A DNA stretch of 64,000 nucleotides from a virus (Duplodnaviria > Caudoviricetes), in the IMG/VR virus record IMGVR_UViG_3300022876_000002, one strand, 5' to 3'. Made by a program: the position numbers and the translations under genes. Below the pieces are notes generated by a model, which ran no database searches, was not told the origin of the DNA, and was given only the letters and a program-made list of their open reading frames with translations. The first letter of the stretch is position 1. Each line of letters starts with the position of its first letter. Shown piece after piece: positions 1-9,748 of the stretch.

Positions 1-240
1 CTTGTTGTTTTCTTCGTACTGCTTACGAGCGATCTGAGCTACCGCTTCGCGGACCTGGCCGGAAGTGTCATTGAGGAAGTTAACGTGAGTCTGCAGCGAC
101 TCGACGGTAACGTTCTCCGGGAACTCGACCTTGGATGCATCAAACGTTACGTGGTTGGAGCCTTTGTTGTAATCATGGTGCTCCACCAGCGAGGCCACAC
201 CGTTACCCATCAGTTTGGCGTATTCGTTATTCAGCGACAT
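1..240 (-). CDS. Hypothetical protein, partial (runs off the window edge)
   Basis: Hand-translated open frame from ATG at 240: MSLNNEYAKLMGNGVASLVEHHDYNKGSNHVTFDASKVEFPENVTVESLQTHVNF...; no stop before position 1; promoter-like motif at 337-344 upstream. Confidence 0.75.
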   Translation of the reverse strand, partial: MSLNNEYAKLMGNGVASLVEHHDYNKGSNHVTFDASKVEFPENVTVESLQTHVNFLNDTSGQVREAVAQIARKQYEENNK

Positions 241-336
241 AAGAGACTCACTTATACAAAATAGGGTTTAGTAAACTACCAAAGGAAGAGGAGTGCGTAC
301 ACGTCCCCTCAGGCATTTGCCTGTTTGGTCATCCTA

Positions 337-344
337 GTGATATA
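337..344 (-). promoter_or_regulatory. Early (virion-RNAP-type) promoter variant TATATCAC
   Basis: Minus strand reads tttcaagccTATATCAC; one mismatch to the phiKZ early consensus TATATTAC; intergenic, upstream of the ORF starting at 240. Confidence 0.55.
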
Positions 345-364
345 GGCTTGAAATATTCTTACTG

Positions 365-1093
365 TTAGATGTAGTAAGTCAGCAAGCGCAGCGGATCGAA
401 GATGTGGATGTGGTCATCGTCGGCCGGGGTGTCGAAGTGTTGCTGTGCTTCTACCAGGCGTTGTTCGAAGAACGCCGGGGTGAAACCTTGTACATCCAGC
501 AATGCATGGAAACAACCGATTTGTTGCGCGTAGCGCTCGATCAGTTCTTCCGCGGACTCACCCAGGTCGAAACGGCTACCCAGGTAAATCACCAACATTT
601 CGGCGATTTTCTCGTTGTCGGTGGACACCGCCATGTCAACCAGGGCGTCGTCGAAACCGATCAGACGAGTAGCGATCACCTTGAACAGTTCTTCATGGGT
701 CTCGAAGGTATGAGCAGCAGTGATGTTGCTGATAGCCTTGTTGGTGAAGTTTTCACCGCTAATGGTGTTCTTGGTCCAGGCAGTAGTACGCACACCACGC
801 GACTGCATGTAGGTTTTGATGATGTAAGCGATGTAGGTATAGACCGCATCGGTCTTGACCGTGCTTACCGCCACACCCTTGATCAGGTGCTCACCGGTTT
901 CAACGTTAGTGAAGCGCGCCCAGCGTTCCTTCGAGGTCTGCAACAGTGTGCGCAGAACCTGGATACCACCAACGACATCCCGCAATGCCAAGGCTACGGA
1001 AACTTGGTCCAACTTGGCATTCAGCAGGTTGTCTTTAGCGAATTGTTCGTCCATCTGTACTACTCCAATTTCGTTGAGTATTGTTGGGCCCAT
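365..1093 (-). CDS. Conserved jumbo-phage hypothetical protein (242 aa)
   Basis: Co-oriented with the protease operon, with phage-like codon usage; the + strand ORF over it is a shadow. Confidence 0.7.
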   Translation of the reverse strand: MGPTILNEIGVVQMDEQFAKDNLLNAKLDQVSVALALRDVVGGIQVLRTLLQTSKERWARFTNVETGEHLIKGVAVSTVKTDAVYTYIAYIIKTYMQSRGVRTTAWTKNTISGENFTNKAISNITAAHTFETHEELFKVIATRLIGFDDALVDMAVSTDNEKIAEMLVIYLGSRFDLGESAEELIERYAQQIGCFHALLDVQGFTPAFFEQRLVEAQQHFDTPADDDHIHIFDPLRLLTYYI

Positions 1094-1136
1094 TCACCGG
1101 GTAATACATTGTAGGCCCAGCTAAAAAATAAATATA

Positions 1137-1166
1137 CCTAAGGTGGAGGCGAACCCCCACCTTAGG
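1137..1166 (-). terminator. Intrinsic terminator after the protease operon
   Basis: 10-bp stem cctaaggtgg/ccaccttagg followed on the minus strand by tatatttattttttag. Confidence 0.7.
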
Positions 1167-1172
1167 CTACAA

Positions 1173-2021
1173 TCAGAACACGTTCAGCGAGCTGGTTACA
1201 CGCAGTTGTACTTTGTCGGTGTGACGATAAGTCTTTTTGATCTGTTCGATCATGTGGACCAGACCATCGTGCGACTCAGTACCAGCGAAACGCACCTGGA
1301 AGGCTTCCTTACGCATTTCACGGTCGCATACGTAGATAACCTCATCTACGGTAGCGGACATCTCAGCAGGCCCTTGGCGGAGCTGCTGTGCCATGTAATC
1401 TTCCAGACCAGCAGTACGGTGCTTACAGGCCATCAACATGCCTTGTTCCATAACCAGATCGTAGCCAGTGAAGTAATCCACCTCACGGACACGGTCACCG
1501 AGCTTCTGAGGCTTGGTAACAGTACGAATGGAGAAAGCAGTGTTCATGTCAGGGTCGGCAAGCGATTCCTTCAGAACATAGCTCAGAGGCCCCCACGGGC
1601 GTACTTCGATCTTGTTGTAGATAGGACCGGTTTCACCTTGGTCCATGATCCAGTGGATCTTGCGGATCGAACCACACACGTTCGCTTCCACGATAGTGCG
1701 CAGGCGATGGATCCATTGGAACACGTCGGTGATTGGGGTCTGCACGATGCGACCGTCACGCCATTCCCAGTAGTACTGAGGCGGGTGGCCGAGTTCACAC
1801 CACAACTGCTTCTCCGAGATCCGACGGTTGAGATCGGACTCAGGACGCATGCACTCACGCAGGTATTCGTTGAAGCGGTATTTGATACCACTCCGGTTCT
1901 CGATGTTGAAGCCCCCGGCGTTTACCAAGTAGTAATCACCACCTGGCTCCATCGGTTGCAACATACCGCGTTTACCCGTACCTTCTAATACCGTGCTGCC
2001 AAAACTGATAATTTGACTCAT
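1173..2021 (-). CDS. Prohead (head maturation) serine protease, phiKZ gp175-like
   Basis: ELGHP motif (catalytic His context of T4 gp21/gp175-type proteases) and AFSIRT (catalytic Ser context); 282 aa; syntenic position downstream of the vRNAP genes; ATGA overlap with the upstream gene. Confidence 0.85.
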   Translation of the reverse strand: MSQIISFGSTVLEGTGKRGMLQPMEPGGDYYLVNAGGFNIENRSGIKYRFNEYLRECMRPESDLNRRISEKQLWCELGHPPQYYWEWRDGRIVQTPITDVFQWIHRLRTIVEANVCGSIRKIHWIMDQGETGPIYNKIEVRPWGPLSYVLKESLADPDMNTAFSIRTVTKPQKLGDRVREVDYFTGYDLVMEQGMLMACKHRTAGLEDYMAQQLRQGPAEMSATVDEVIYVCDREMRKEAFQVRFAGTESHDGLVHMIEQIKKTYRHTDKVQLRVTSSLNVF

Positions 2022-2749
2022 GTCGGAATACCTCGCATAATCCGTTCGTAATCTGTAACCTTGGTATCCGGGTTGACAATAGCCGCAACGGTGTTGTCTT
2101 GCAGATAACCACTGGATATCTTAGCGAAGGTACCGTCGATCAACATGCTGCCGTTGTTGAGCCCAACAATCAGTGGTGGACGACCCTCCGCAATAGCCTT
2201 ACTGTAGCGATAAGGCTGGTCAGGGTTATCCGGGTCACGGAACATAATGGATGTGAGGACACGTGGGACCTGGAAAGTGCTGCCCACGTCTACACCGCAT
2301 TCAGCTTTGGCGTTGTCAAACAAGCCTTCGACTTCACGGTGCGACATGTACCAGGTGATCTTAGCGTAGTAGTAGAACTCGAGCATGTAGAAATACGGTT
2401 TGTTCGAATCCTGAATCACCTCCAAGGACTCAATAACCGTATCCCCTTTCTCAAACTCCAATACCAGATAAGGTACACCCTTGATGTTGACCTCACGAAT
2501 GTTCAGCGGTAGTAGGGTAATGTCCATCAACGCTACCAGAGGAGCATAACACTCATCCGGAATCACCAAACCTAATACAGCAGCTGTAGTAACTTTGTCA
2601 CTAACAGTAGCCATCCCGTTATCCACAAACCGCCTTGGGATATAAACTTCCAAGTAACGGTTTGCGATAACGGAACCATCAGGTAATTCAGTGAGTGCTT
2701 TAGCTTGAAAGCTAGCGCTGGGTTCCCTACGGAGCCCTTCTATACTCAT
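2018..2749 (-). CDS. phiKZ gp176-like protein, probable small virion RNAP beta'-C subunit
   Basis: Lies directly upstream of the protease, as in phiKZ-like phages; start moved to ATG 2749 (ATGA overlap with the upstream stop); RNAP-subunit role is recalled from SPN3US/phiKZ synteny, not from a motif. Confidence 0.55.
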   Translation of the reverse strand: MSIEGLRREPSASFQAKALTELPDGSVIANRYLEVYIPRRFVDNGMATVSDKVTTAAVLGLVIPDECYAPLVALMDITLLPLNIREVNIKGVPYLVLEFEKGDTVIESLEVIQDSNKPYFYMLEFYYYAKITWYMSHREVEGLFDNAKAECGVDVGSTFQVPRVLTSIMFRDPDNPDQPYRYSKAIAEGRPPLIVGLNNGSMLIDGTFAKISSGYLQDNTVAAIVNPDTKVTDYERIMRGIPT

Positions 2750-4284
2750 GCTACCAGACACTTACCAACGATAGTCTGTACGACCGCTACAGTCAGACGC
2801 TCGCGTTGTTGTTCCGGAGTGGCATCGGCTGCACACTCTTGGTAAGTACGGCTGAGGATCTCAGCGGCCAGGTCACACTTGAGCAGAGCCAGGAACTTTG
2901 GCACGATCTGCGACGCCATGACATGAGTAGTCAGGGAACCGCCGGTGTCGTCCAGCACACCACCGCTAAAGTTGTAACCGCTACCCAGCACACCGCGGAA
3001 GCACAGCTCCAGCTCTTTCTGGAAGTGGTTACGCACCCAGGTACCCAGCAACTCTTGGGACTGACCACGTACTTCAGCCAGACGTTCGCTCAGGTTCTCG
3101 TTGGTTACGATGAACTCACTGATAGCCGCCAGACCGGTAGTGATGAACCGATCTTTGGCGTGAACAGTCAGTTTCTCGTGAACGTGGTTGTAGTACACCT
3201 GCGAAGCCGACATGTACTTGGCTGGATTAGCCAGAATGTCTAAGACAGGCTTTGGATTGCCCAGCAGACGTTCCCAGTACCAACCCAACAGGCATTCGGT
3301 CAGCGAACCACCGGACTCACCCTGGGAGATTTGTTCCAGGGCCTTATCGGTGTAGAACACCATGGCATCTGCTTCAACGAAGCGAGCACCAGCTTGTTCA
3401 GCGCCCTTACCATCAGCCAGACGGACTGGACCGTTGTCGGACACCGACAGACCATTGGCGCGGTAGCCTTGCACTACCTTACGCAGGTTGACCATATGAC
3501 AGGTCAGCGCGTTCCACAGAGTAACCACGTACGCGCGGTAGTCTTCGATGGAACCAGCTTTCAGCCAAGGCACCAGGTCATCCGAAGTGTACATCTTGGT
3601 GAGTACGACGTACATTTTCAGGATGCGCTCGGAATCCAGCTGCTTAACACGGCTGAAGTCGAAGTTACCGTTGGCCGATTTAACGAACAGGTCGTTGAGG
3701 GTGGCGATGTCACCCAGGGCACCAGCAGCCCAAGCAGGCGAAGTGTCACGCTCGCGCATGACTTCTACTACGTCAGCGTGGTTCGAGTTGACGAACGCCA
3801 GTACTTGGTCGTTGGTAGGCCATTCGAAGTCCAGACGTTTCAGCATGTCCAGACCAACGTTGGTGTAGGTGAACGACTCGTCAGCTACCTTGGTTGGGTA
3901 GTTAGGCGAATCGAAGAACGGATCGTCCAACCAAACGAAGGTGTGCTTGAAATACTGCTGAGCAATGCTGCGCAGAGATTCCTTGCTGTAGCAGATATCT
4001 GCTTTCTGGCCGATAGCCAGCGCTAGTGGTTTGCCATAGGCACTGATGTTGTCCAGTGCGCCACGGATGATCTCACCCAGGCGATTACCAGCAGCTTCCA
4101 TGATGGTGGTGTGCTCCGATTCCGAAGAACCAGTTACATCCACGATCTCCTTACGGAATTGCTCACCGTAAGGTTCCAGGCCGTGGCTCACACCATTCAG
4201 ACCTTCAAGGATCTGTGTAGGGCGGAAAGTAGGGTTACCTACGGCGATCAGCTCGGCCAGACCGATACTCGATTGACGGATCAT
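2746..4284 (-). CDS. Virion (head) structural protein, phiKZ gp177-like (512 aa)
   Basis: Strong RBS (aaggagg); size and position between the endolysin/RNAP genes and the gp176/gp175 homologues. Confidence 0.55.
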   Translation of the reverse strand: MIRQSSIGLAELIAVGNPTFRPTQILEGLNGVSHGLEPYGEQFRKEIVDVTGSSESEHTTIMEAAGNRLGEIIRGALDNISAYGKPLALAIGQKADICYSKESLRSIAQQYFKHTFVWLDDPFFDSPNYPTKVADESFTYTNVGLDMLKRLDFEWPTNDQVLAFVNSNHADVVEVMRERDTSPAWAAGALGDIATLNDLFVKSANGNFDFSRVKQLDSERILKMYVVLTKMYTSDDLVPWLKAGSIEDYRAYVVTLWNALTCHMVNLRKVVQGYRANGLSVSDNGPVRLADGKGAEQAGARFVEADAMVFYTDKALEQISQGESGGSLTECLLGWYWERLLGNPKPVLDILANPAKYMSASQVYYNHVHEKLTVHAKDRFITTGLAAISEFIVTNENLSERLAEVRGQSQELLGTWVRNHFQKELELCFRGVLGSGYNFSGGVLDDTGGSLTTHVMASQIVPKFLALLKCDLAAEILSRTYQECAADATPEQQRERLTVAVVQTIVGKCLVA

Positions 4285-4455
4285 TTAGTTGCCCTCCTTA
4301 CCTGCAGCAACAATAGCCTTGCTGATCTGCTCGTCCAGAATGGACTCTTCCAGCGGGGCCAGGTAGACCAGGCCGATAGCCGCCAGAGTGTGTTTTACCA
4401 GCTCGATGGTGTTAGCACCGGTGATAATGTCATCAACCATTTTTTCTTTAGACAC
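4285..4455 (-). CDS. Small protein (56 aa) absent from the ORF track
   Basis: GGGAG RBS 7 nt before GTG 4455; MSKEKMVDDIITGANTIELVKHTLAAIGLVYLAPLEESILDEQISKAIVAAGKEGN*; exactly fills the gap between the endolysin and the next gene. Confidence 0.65.
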   Translation of the reverse strand: MSKEKMVDDIITGANTIELVKHTLAAIGLVYLAPLEESILDEQISKAIVAAGKEGN

Positions 4456-4471
4456 TTTACGACTCCCGGTA

Positions 4472-5380
4472 TCAGTAAAGCTGGTTAGACGTAACGCGGT
4501 TTGCAGGGAGCATCCCGTCGTAGTACGTAGTGTACAGACGAGTGTTGATCTCGCCTACAGTGATCATGCCATCGTTGTTGAAATCGAAGCCTCTGTTCTG
4601 CACATAGGACTTGATCTCAAGCGGAGTAGAACCGTCCTTACGGAACAGGACTTCATCCGGCTTCTTACCAACGGCAGCTGGATAGAAGATGGTCAGGTAG
4701 AAATCCTCGAGACGAGTGTACTTCTTACCACGACGCATCCACATTTCGAAATACTTGAACACCCATTCCAGCTGTTCGAGTTGCGACAGCTTGATCAGGT
4801 CTTCTACCGTAGTACCCAGGTCTTTTGCGGCATCTTTACCGAACTGGATCAGACCGAAGTAGTAGGCGCCAGCCTTGTTACGAATGGTAGGACTGAACGT
4901 ACCCGCCGACTCGAAGTGCATACAAGCCATAAGGGCCGATGGGGCTTCTGGCCACAGGTTGTGCTTACGACACCAGGCAGTAACCTTCTTGAGGAACTCT
5001 GCACCCACCAGCTTGGACCAACCCAAGTCGTAGTAAGCTACCTTGTTGTAGGCTTTGTAGTTGTTCACTACTTTCAAGAACCCACCCCAAGTACCAGAGC
5101 CCATCAGACCATCTGGCGCACCATCGTAAACCTTCAACAGGTTCAGGTTGGTCTGGATGATCTTGAGCGCTGCCTCTTCAGTCATTACTGGTGTAGGCAG
5201 TGGCAACGTAGTGTTGAACGTCCGGCTACCGTTCATGCGGTAATCGTAGTCCTTTAACAAGGTGGATACTGCTGCAGCCGATCCCTTGCCCCATTTACCG
5301 TCGATATCACCAAGATAAAGGCCGCACTCTTTCGAGGCGACCTGGATATCCCGGATTGCATTAAGCAACCGATAGTTCAT
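4472..5380 (-). CDS. Modular endolysin, EL188-like (N-terminal peptidoglycan-binding repeats plus lysozyme/transglycosylase domain)
   Basis: Two DGxxG PG-binding repeats (DIDGKWGKG, PDGLMGSGT); catalytic region MACMHFESAGTF..GLIQF..WVFKYFEMW..LEDFYLTIF closely matches my recollection of EL188. Confidence 0.88.
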   Translation of the reverse strand: MNYRLLNAIRDIQVASKECGLYLGDIDGKWGKGSAAAVSTLLKDYDYRMNGSRTFNTTLPLPTPVMTEEAALKIIQTNLNLLKVYDGAPDGLMGSGTWGGFLKVVNNYKAYNKVAYYDLGWSKLVGAEFLKKVTAWCRKHNLWPEAPSALMACMHFESAGTFSPTIRNKAGAYYFGLIQFGKDAAKDLGTTVEDLIKLSQLEQLEWVFKYFEMWMRRGKKYTRLEDFYLTIFYPAAVGKKPDEVLFRKDGSTPLEIKSYVQNRGFDFNNDGMITVGEINTRLYTTYYDGMLPANRVTSNQLY

Positions 5381-8300
5381 CTATTTACCCCTGTAGACTT
5401 TAATGGCCAATTTACTGAACCCACACATCAGTTCGTTACTGGCGGCTTCGTCACGCAGACTACACACCATCCGGTTAAGCATACCCTTGAAACTAGTCTT
5501 AACGTCAACCTTACGACCATCAGCAGTGTAGATGGGTTTAGGCATGACGTAACCAGTAGTGGCCTTCATCTGGTTACCGAGTACGAATTTGTCCGCAGTA
5601 GTACTGACGTCCAACGACTCGATCATTACAGTGACCAGAACCATTCCTGGCGGGATTACTGGTTTAGCAACGTTCAGGTTACTGTTGACACCGCCAGTTA
5701 CTGGCTGCTTGCCTTCAGTCTCCATGAAGCGCTTACGTTTACGGTCACCCTCTTTAACCAGCTTCTTAACAGTCTCGGACATCTCTTCTTGAGGAGAGTT
5801 GTACTTAACGTCGATATGAATAATTTTGCCGTGGTACTTACTGCGGATCTGACGAATACCCAAACGGTTAAGCTCGCTTAAGTTGTCATCACCCGCCCCG
5901 TCACTGAGGACGTGGCTGTCTTCGATTTCGCATAAAATCGTGTCATAATCGACCTCATCACCCACCTTAGCACGCATCACAAGCGACTGGTTAGCCATCA
6001 TTGTGAACCGAGCAGGGTTAAGGTAAGGAGTAACCGACTCTTCTACGAGATCACGCGACACAGCGATGGAGTCTTCGAAGGTGTCCTGGTCTTCGAGCAT
6101 CGCAATACGAACCATCTGGGCAGTTTTCAGTACCGCTTGCCCAGGGTTGAATGGATCGCGAGCAAACCATTCCTCGTCCCAACCGATTACGTCACCCTTA
6201 CGGAATGTGTCACCTACCTTGAGGTCGGTAGCACGAGTGTGACGGTGGTATTCACCACTAGCCTCACCAATCACCAGACCCAGTGGGTAAGTGTCCGTGG
6301 TACCGTCCTTGTAGGTAACCAACAGTCGGTCTTCCTCGACCGCGGTAACCTTACCCTCCTGTTGGGCTACCTTACTGTACAGTTCCGAAGTACGGTGGGG
6401 AACAATCGAGTCGTAACCAGTCCGAGTAATACCCCAAGTGTAGTTCCGCGCACTAACAGCCTGAGACCACTGTGTAGATACGAAGATCTGACGCTTGGCA
6501 TCGTCCTTGGTGATAGATGGCGACAAGTTACCAGTAACCGACAGCAAACCAGTGTAGCTAGCAGAACTGTGCAGATCCATGTTGCCACGGTAGTCCGCAA
6601 TCAGAGGGTCACTAGTAGTGTAGGTAGTGAAACCTACTTTACCACTATCCTTGTTCGCCTCAGAGATCCTGCCTTTATAACTAGGCAACTGCACACGAGC
6701 ACTTTGGGTAACCGTGATCTCACTACGACCACCAGTACCACCGAACGTCAACTCTTCCTGGTCTTTCAACTGGTGGACCGGACCTACTTCTTCCACCAAG
6801 TTAACCGACGTGTCCGTGAGGATACGCATAGTTACTGCGTCAGGGTTGATTTCCAGTTTGTGCTTACGGTCAGTACCTTTGTTGTTGTACTTACGAATGG
6901 CGTCACACAGCTCGCTGTAAATGTGACCAGCGAAACGCTCGTAGCCAACGAACCGTTGTTCTTCGACTTCAACCGGGTTACGGGTCTGATCGGTCTCCAA
7001 CAGGCTAACCGCATCCAGCAGCAAGTAGTGGAAGGAATCCGCGTACTTCATCTTGCGGAGTTCAGCCTTGGTTACTGGGTCAATGAACAGGTCGTACAGA
7101 CACTTCATTTCACGGAAATGACGAGTCTTAACTTTAGCATCGGCAATCAACGGACCCCAGATCCCTGGGTTGTTCAGATCGCTCTTACTGAAGTTACTGA
7201 TATTGCCCAAACCAGACAGACCACCAAACACCATCGACACGTGTTTGTCACGACGGTTGAACACCAGGTACTCGTCGTTGAAGGCGATAGCGAACTCGTC
7301 TTCAGCCAACTTAACACGGGTACCGCTAGGCACCGACCGGGTAACAGCTTTGGTAACACGCAGCAGCTCGTCAATACCGAAGTAGTAGCAGAGCAGCACG
7401 CCGATAGGGAACAAATACCCACCAACACTGATAGAGCAATACTCGATAGGTGCTTTAGCCACCGAGATCCCCATCAGGCCCTCAATGGTACCTTGTTCTA
7501 CACCATCCAGGTAAACGTTGCCGAAGCTATCCAGCGTCAGTGGTTTACCATTTTGCACACCCACCAAGAACGAGTCCTTCTTATCGTACTTGGCAAAATC
7601 TGGATGCTCTTTTACCAAGTTGTGGAACCGGAAGTCAAAAGTAAACTTCTCAGTTTTGATCCACTGGAACTTAGTGGCCAACGCACTGTAGATACGCGGT
7701 GCATGCAACGACTGGTCAAACTTACTACCACGGTTGAAGGTAAGGGTTTTCTCCCCACCTTTACGGATCACCTGTTTAGACAACCATACTGACAGGTTCT
7801 TGGCCATCTCCTGGCTGCGGGTTACCATCAAGCGGTTAGGGTAGTAACTACTCAGTGCTACGGTGTCTCGATCGATCTTGCGGATCGGGAGTTCACGACG
7901 TTGCAGCTGCATGTGGTTCTTAACCCCGTCTACCACAAACGTACCGTCAGGCTGAACCTTAGGGAAACGAATTGCGTGGGTAGACTGATCACCGTTAACG
8001 TGGTGCACCTGAATCGACATTACGTCGTAACTACCTTCAACGCTGTTGATCTCTTCCAGCTTGAAGTTGTTCAGGGCAAAGCCAGCGTTCTGGATACCCA
8101 AGGTCATACCGACTACGTCTTTATAAAGGAAACGTTTTACGTAACCCTTTTTCAACACATTGGCCTTGGACTCCAACATCGACTCATCCAAAATCGAAAT
8201 GAAGTTAGCTTCGATCTTAGCGTCGTTCTTTAACTCTTTCAGTTCCTCTGGGGAGATCTTGATGAAATCCTCCAGGGTCTGACCGTTCTCCATGCGAATG

Positions 8301-9748
8301 GTTTTGTACTGCTCACCTTTCTTCATGAAGAACTTTTGTTCGGCAACACTAAGGTTACCGTTACGTGCCCGTTCTTCCAGCGCCAGTGCGATACCAGCAG
8401 TAGGTGTGTCGAACGGGTCACGCTTGACGTTGATTACCTGCTCGACTTGTTCTTGCTCGAGCAGGGTATCGTCTACTGCGGAGTTCCAGTCTTGATCATC
8501 CTGAACAGGATTTCCGCTTCCCGCGCCTCCGGCGTCGTTATTACCAGATGCCACATCTCGGTCAGCGTCTTTGAGGACATCCAAGAGACCACCGCTAGGA
8601 CCAGGATTACCCACAGCGCCATTGTCCTTACCAACTTTTTCTTGGACACTGTGTGCTGGTGTTCGTCCTTGCTCCTCTTCAGATCCAACCGTTCCTGCAT
8701 CCAGATTGGAATTATTTTCTTCTTCCTCTCCATTTGGATTATCCTTCTCTTGTTCGCTGATCCCTCCGCGCGAGAGGTTAAGCAAGGCTAGGTAAAAGCG
8801 CTTCGCAGCGTTTAGTCGTTTTGGGCTACCAGTTCTGTGACTGGTTTGCTTTGATTTGTCTACCTTGGCCAGGTAGTTTTTATCGTTCTCCTGATCCAGC
8901 CAACCTTTAATGGTAGCCAGATTGATAATCAAGCAACGACTATCGAAAACAAAGATGATGTGCAGGTTTTGCAGCGCCTGCTCTTGCAACTTGTTGAACA
9001 GAGAATACTGGTAGTCACCGAATACAAATGCCATGAAGTCGATCAACCAATAGCTAGACTCAGCCTTGGTTAAACGTACAGACTGGTTATTCGGTACTGG
9101 TTTGTTATTAACCAGGTCGTACTGGTGGATAAAGTGATCGTAGTCAATCAACAACTCGTTGAAACCAGGGAAGTTGATTGGCAGATCAATACGGATAAAC
9201 TGTTGACGCTGGTGTACACCAGGGCGGTCCACTTCCTCGTTAATGCCTTTAATAAGCGCATTAAAGTGGTTGTAGTACCGTTCGTAGTTTACGAAGATCC
9301 CTGGGCGTTGGATAAACATCCGATCCAACAGACCATAACTCTTTACGATCAGGTTTTGTTCCCGATTGTAAACAGACTTGATCTCTTTGGTCCAGTTGTA
9401 GTTGTAGTGGGTAGCGCGATACGCCTGGATAGCTTTACGCACTTCCAGTGGCACGTTACGCCCACCACCCAGTACAGGCTCGTAGTGACTGACAAAATCA
9501 AGGAACACGTTACCGACGAAGTTACTTACAAAAGCTTCGCTACGGCTAGGACCGATCTCCAGTACTTCCTTAGGGAAATAATGGTACAGCGACATACGCG
9601 GTAAGGTGATCTCACTGATCGGCAGGAAAGCAGGGTTAACCAGTTCTTGCCGTTTACGCATTACGAACCAACGATGGAACTGCGGATACATCGCAGCCAT
9701 CGCTTCGGTTCCAGCAACCGCCGCTAACGGGTCGTTAACTTGCGTCAT
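5381..9748 (-). CDS. Virion RNA polymerase beta-like large subunit, phiKZ gp178-like (1455 aa)
   Basis: Beta-family motifs NKDSGKVG, DDAKRQIF...QWSQ, EDQDTFEDSIAVS, ADKFVLGNQMKAT; size and position beside the beta' gene. Confidence 0.92.
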   Translation of the reverse strand: MTQVNDPLAAVAGTEAMAAMYPQFHRWFVMRKRQELVNPAFLPISEITLPRMSLYHYFPKEVLEIGPSRSEAFVSNFVGNVFLDFVSHYEPVLGGGRNVPLEVRKAIQAYRATHYNYNWTKEIKSVYNREQNLIVKSYGLLDRMFIQRPGIFVNYERYYNHFNALIKGINEEVDRPGVHQRQQFIRIDLPINFPGFNELLIDYDHFIHQYDLVNNKPVPNNQSVRLTKAESSYWLIDFMAFVFGDYQYSLFNKLQEQALQNLHIIFVFDSRCLIINLATIKGWLDQENDKNYLAKVDKSKQTSHRTGSPKRLNAAKRFYLALLNLSRGGISEQEKDNPNGEEEENNSNLDAGTVGSEEEQGRTPAHSVQEKVGKDNGAVGNPGPSGGLLDVLKDADRDVASGNNDAGGAGSGNPVQDDQDWNSAVDDTLLEQEQVEQVINVKRDPFDTPTAGIALALEERARNGNLSVAEQKFFMKKGEQYKTIRMENGQTLEDFIKISPEELKELKNDAKIEANFISILDESMLESKANVLKKGYVKRFLYKDVVGMTLGIQNAGFALNNFKLEEINSVEGSYDVMSIQVHHVNGDQSTHAIRFPKVQPDGTFVVDGVKNHMQLQRRELPIRKIDRDTVALSSYYPNRLMVTRSQEMAKNLSVWLSKQVIRKGGEKTLTFNRGSKFDQSLHAPRIYSALATKFQWIKTEKFTFDFRFHNLVKEHPDFAKYDKKDSFLVGVQNGKPLTLDSFGNVYLDGVEQGTIEGLMGISVAKAPIEYCSISVGGYLFPIGVLLCYYFGIDELLRVTKAVTRSVPSGTRVKLAEDEFAIAFNDEYLVFNRRDKHVSMVFGGLSGLGNISNFSKSDLNNPGIWGPLIADAKVKTRHFREMKCLYDLFIDPVTKAELRKMKYADSFHYLLLDAVSLLETDQTRNPVEVEEQRFVGYERFAGHIYSELCDAIRKYNNKGTDRKHKLEINPDAVTMRILTDTSVNLVEEVGPVHQLKDQEELTFGGTGGRSEITVTQSARVQLPSYKGRISEANKDSGKVGFTTYTTSDPLIADYRGNMDLHSSASYTGLLSVTGNLSPSITKDDAKRQIFVSTQWSQAVSARNYTWGITRTGYDSIVPHRTSELYSKVAQQEGKVTAVEEDRLLVTYKDGTTDTYPLGLVIGEASGEYHRHTRATDLKVGDTFRKGDVIGWDEEWFARDPFNPGQAVLKTAQMVRIAMLEDQDTFEDSIAVSRDLVEESVTPYLNPARFTMMANQSLVMRAKVGDEVDYDTILCEIEDSHVLSDGAGDDNLSELNRLGIRQIRSKYHGKIIHIDVKYNSPQEEMSETVKKLVKEGDRKRKRFMETEGKQPVTGGVNSNLNVAKPVIPPGMVLVTVMIESLDVSTTADKFVLGNQMKATTGYVMPKPIYTADGRKVDVKTSFKGMLNRMVCSLRDEAASNELMCGFSKLAIKVYRGK

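Noticed and set aside
6137-7792. 551-aa + strand ORF inside the RNAP beta gene, and similar shadows at 404, 1143, 4388, 12025, 27163, 29850, 33589, 35068, 57287 and 61059
   Set aside because: Antisense shadows of well-supported genes, with no independent signals
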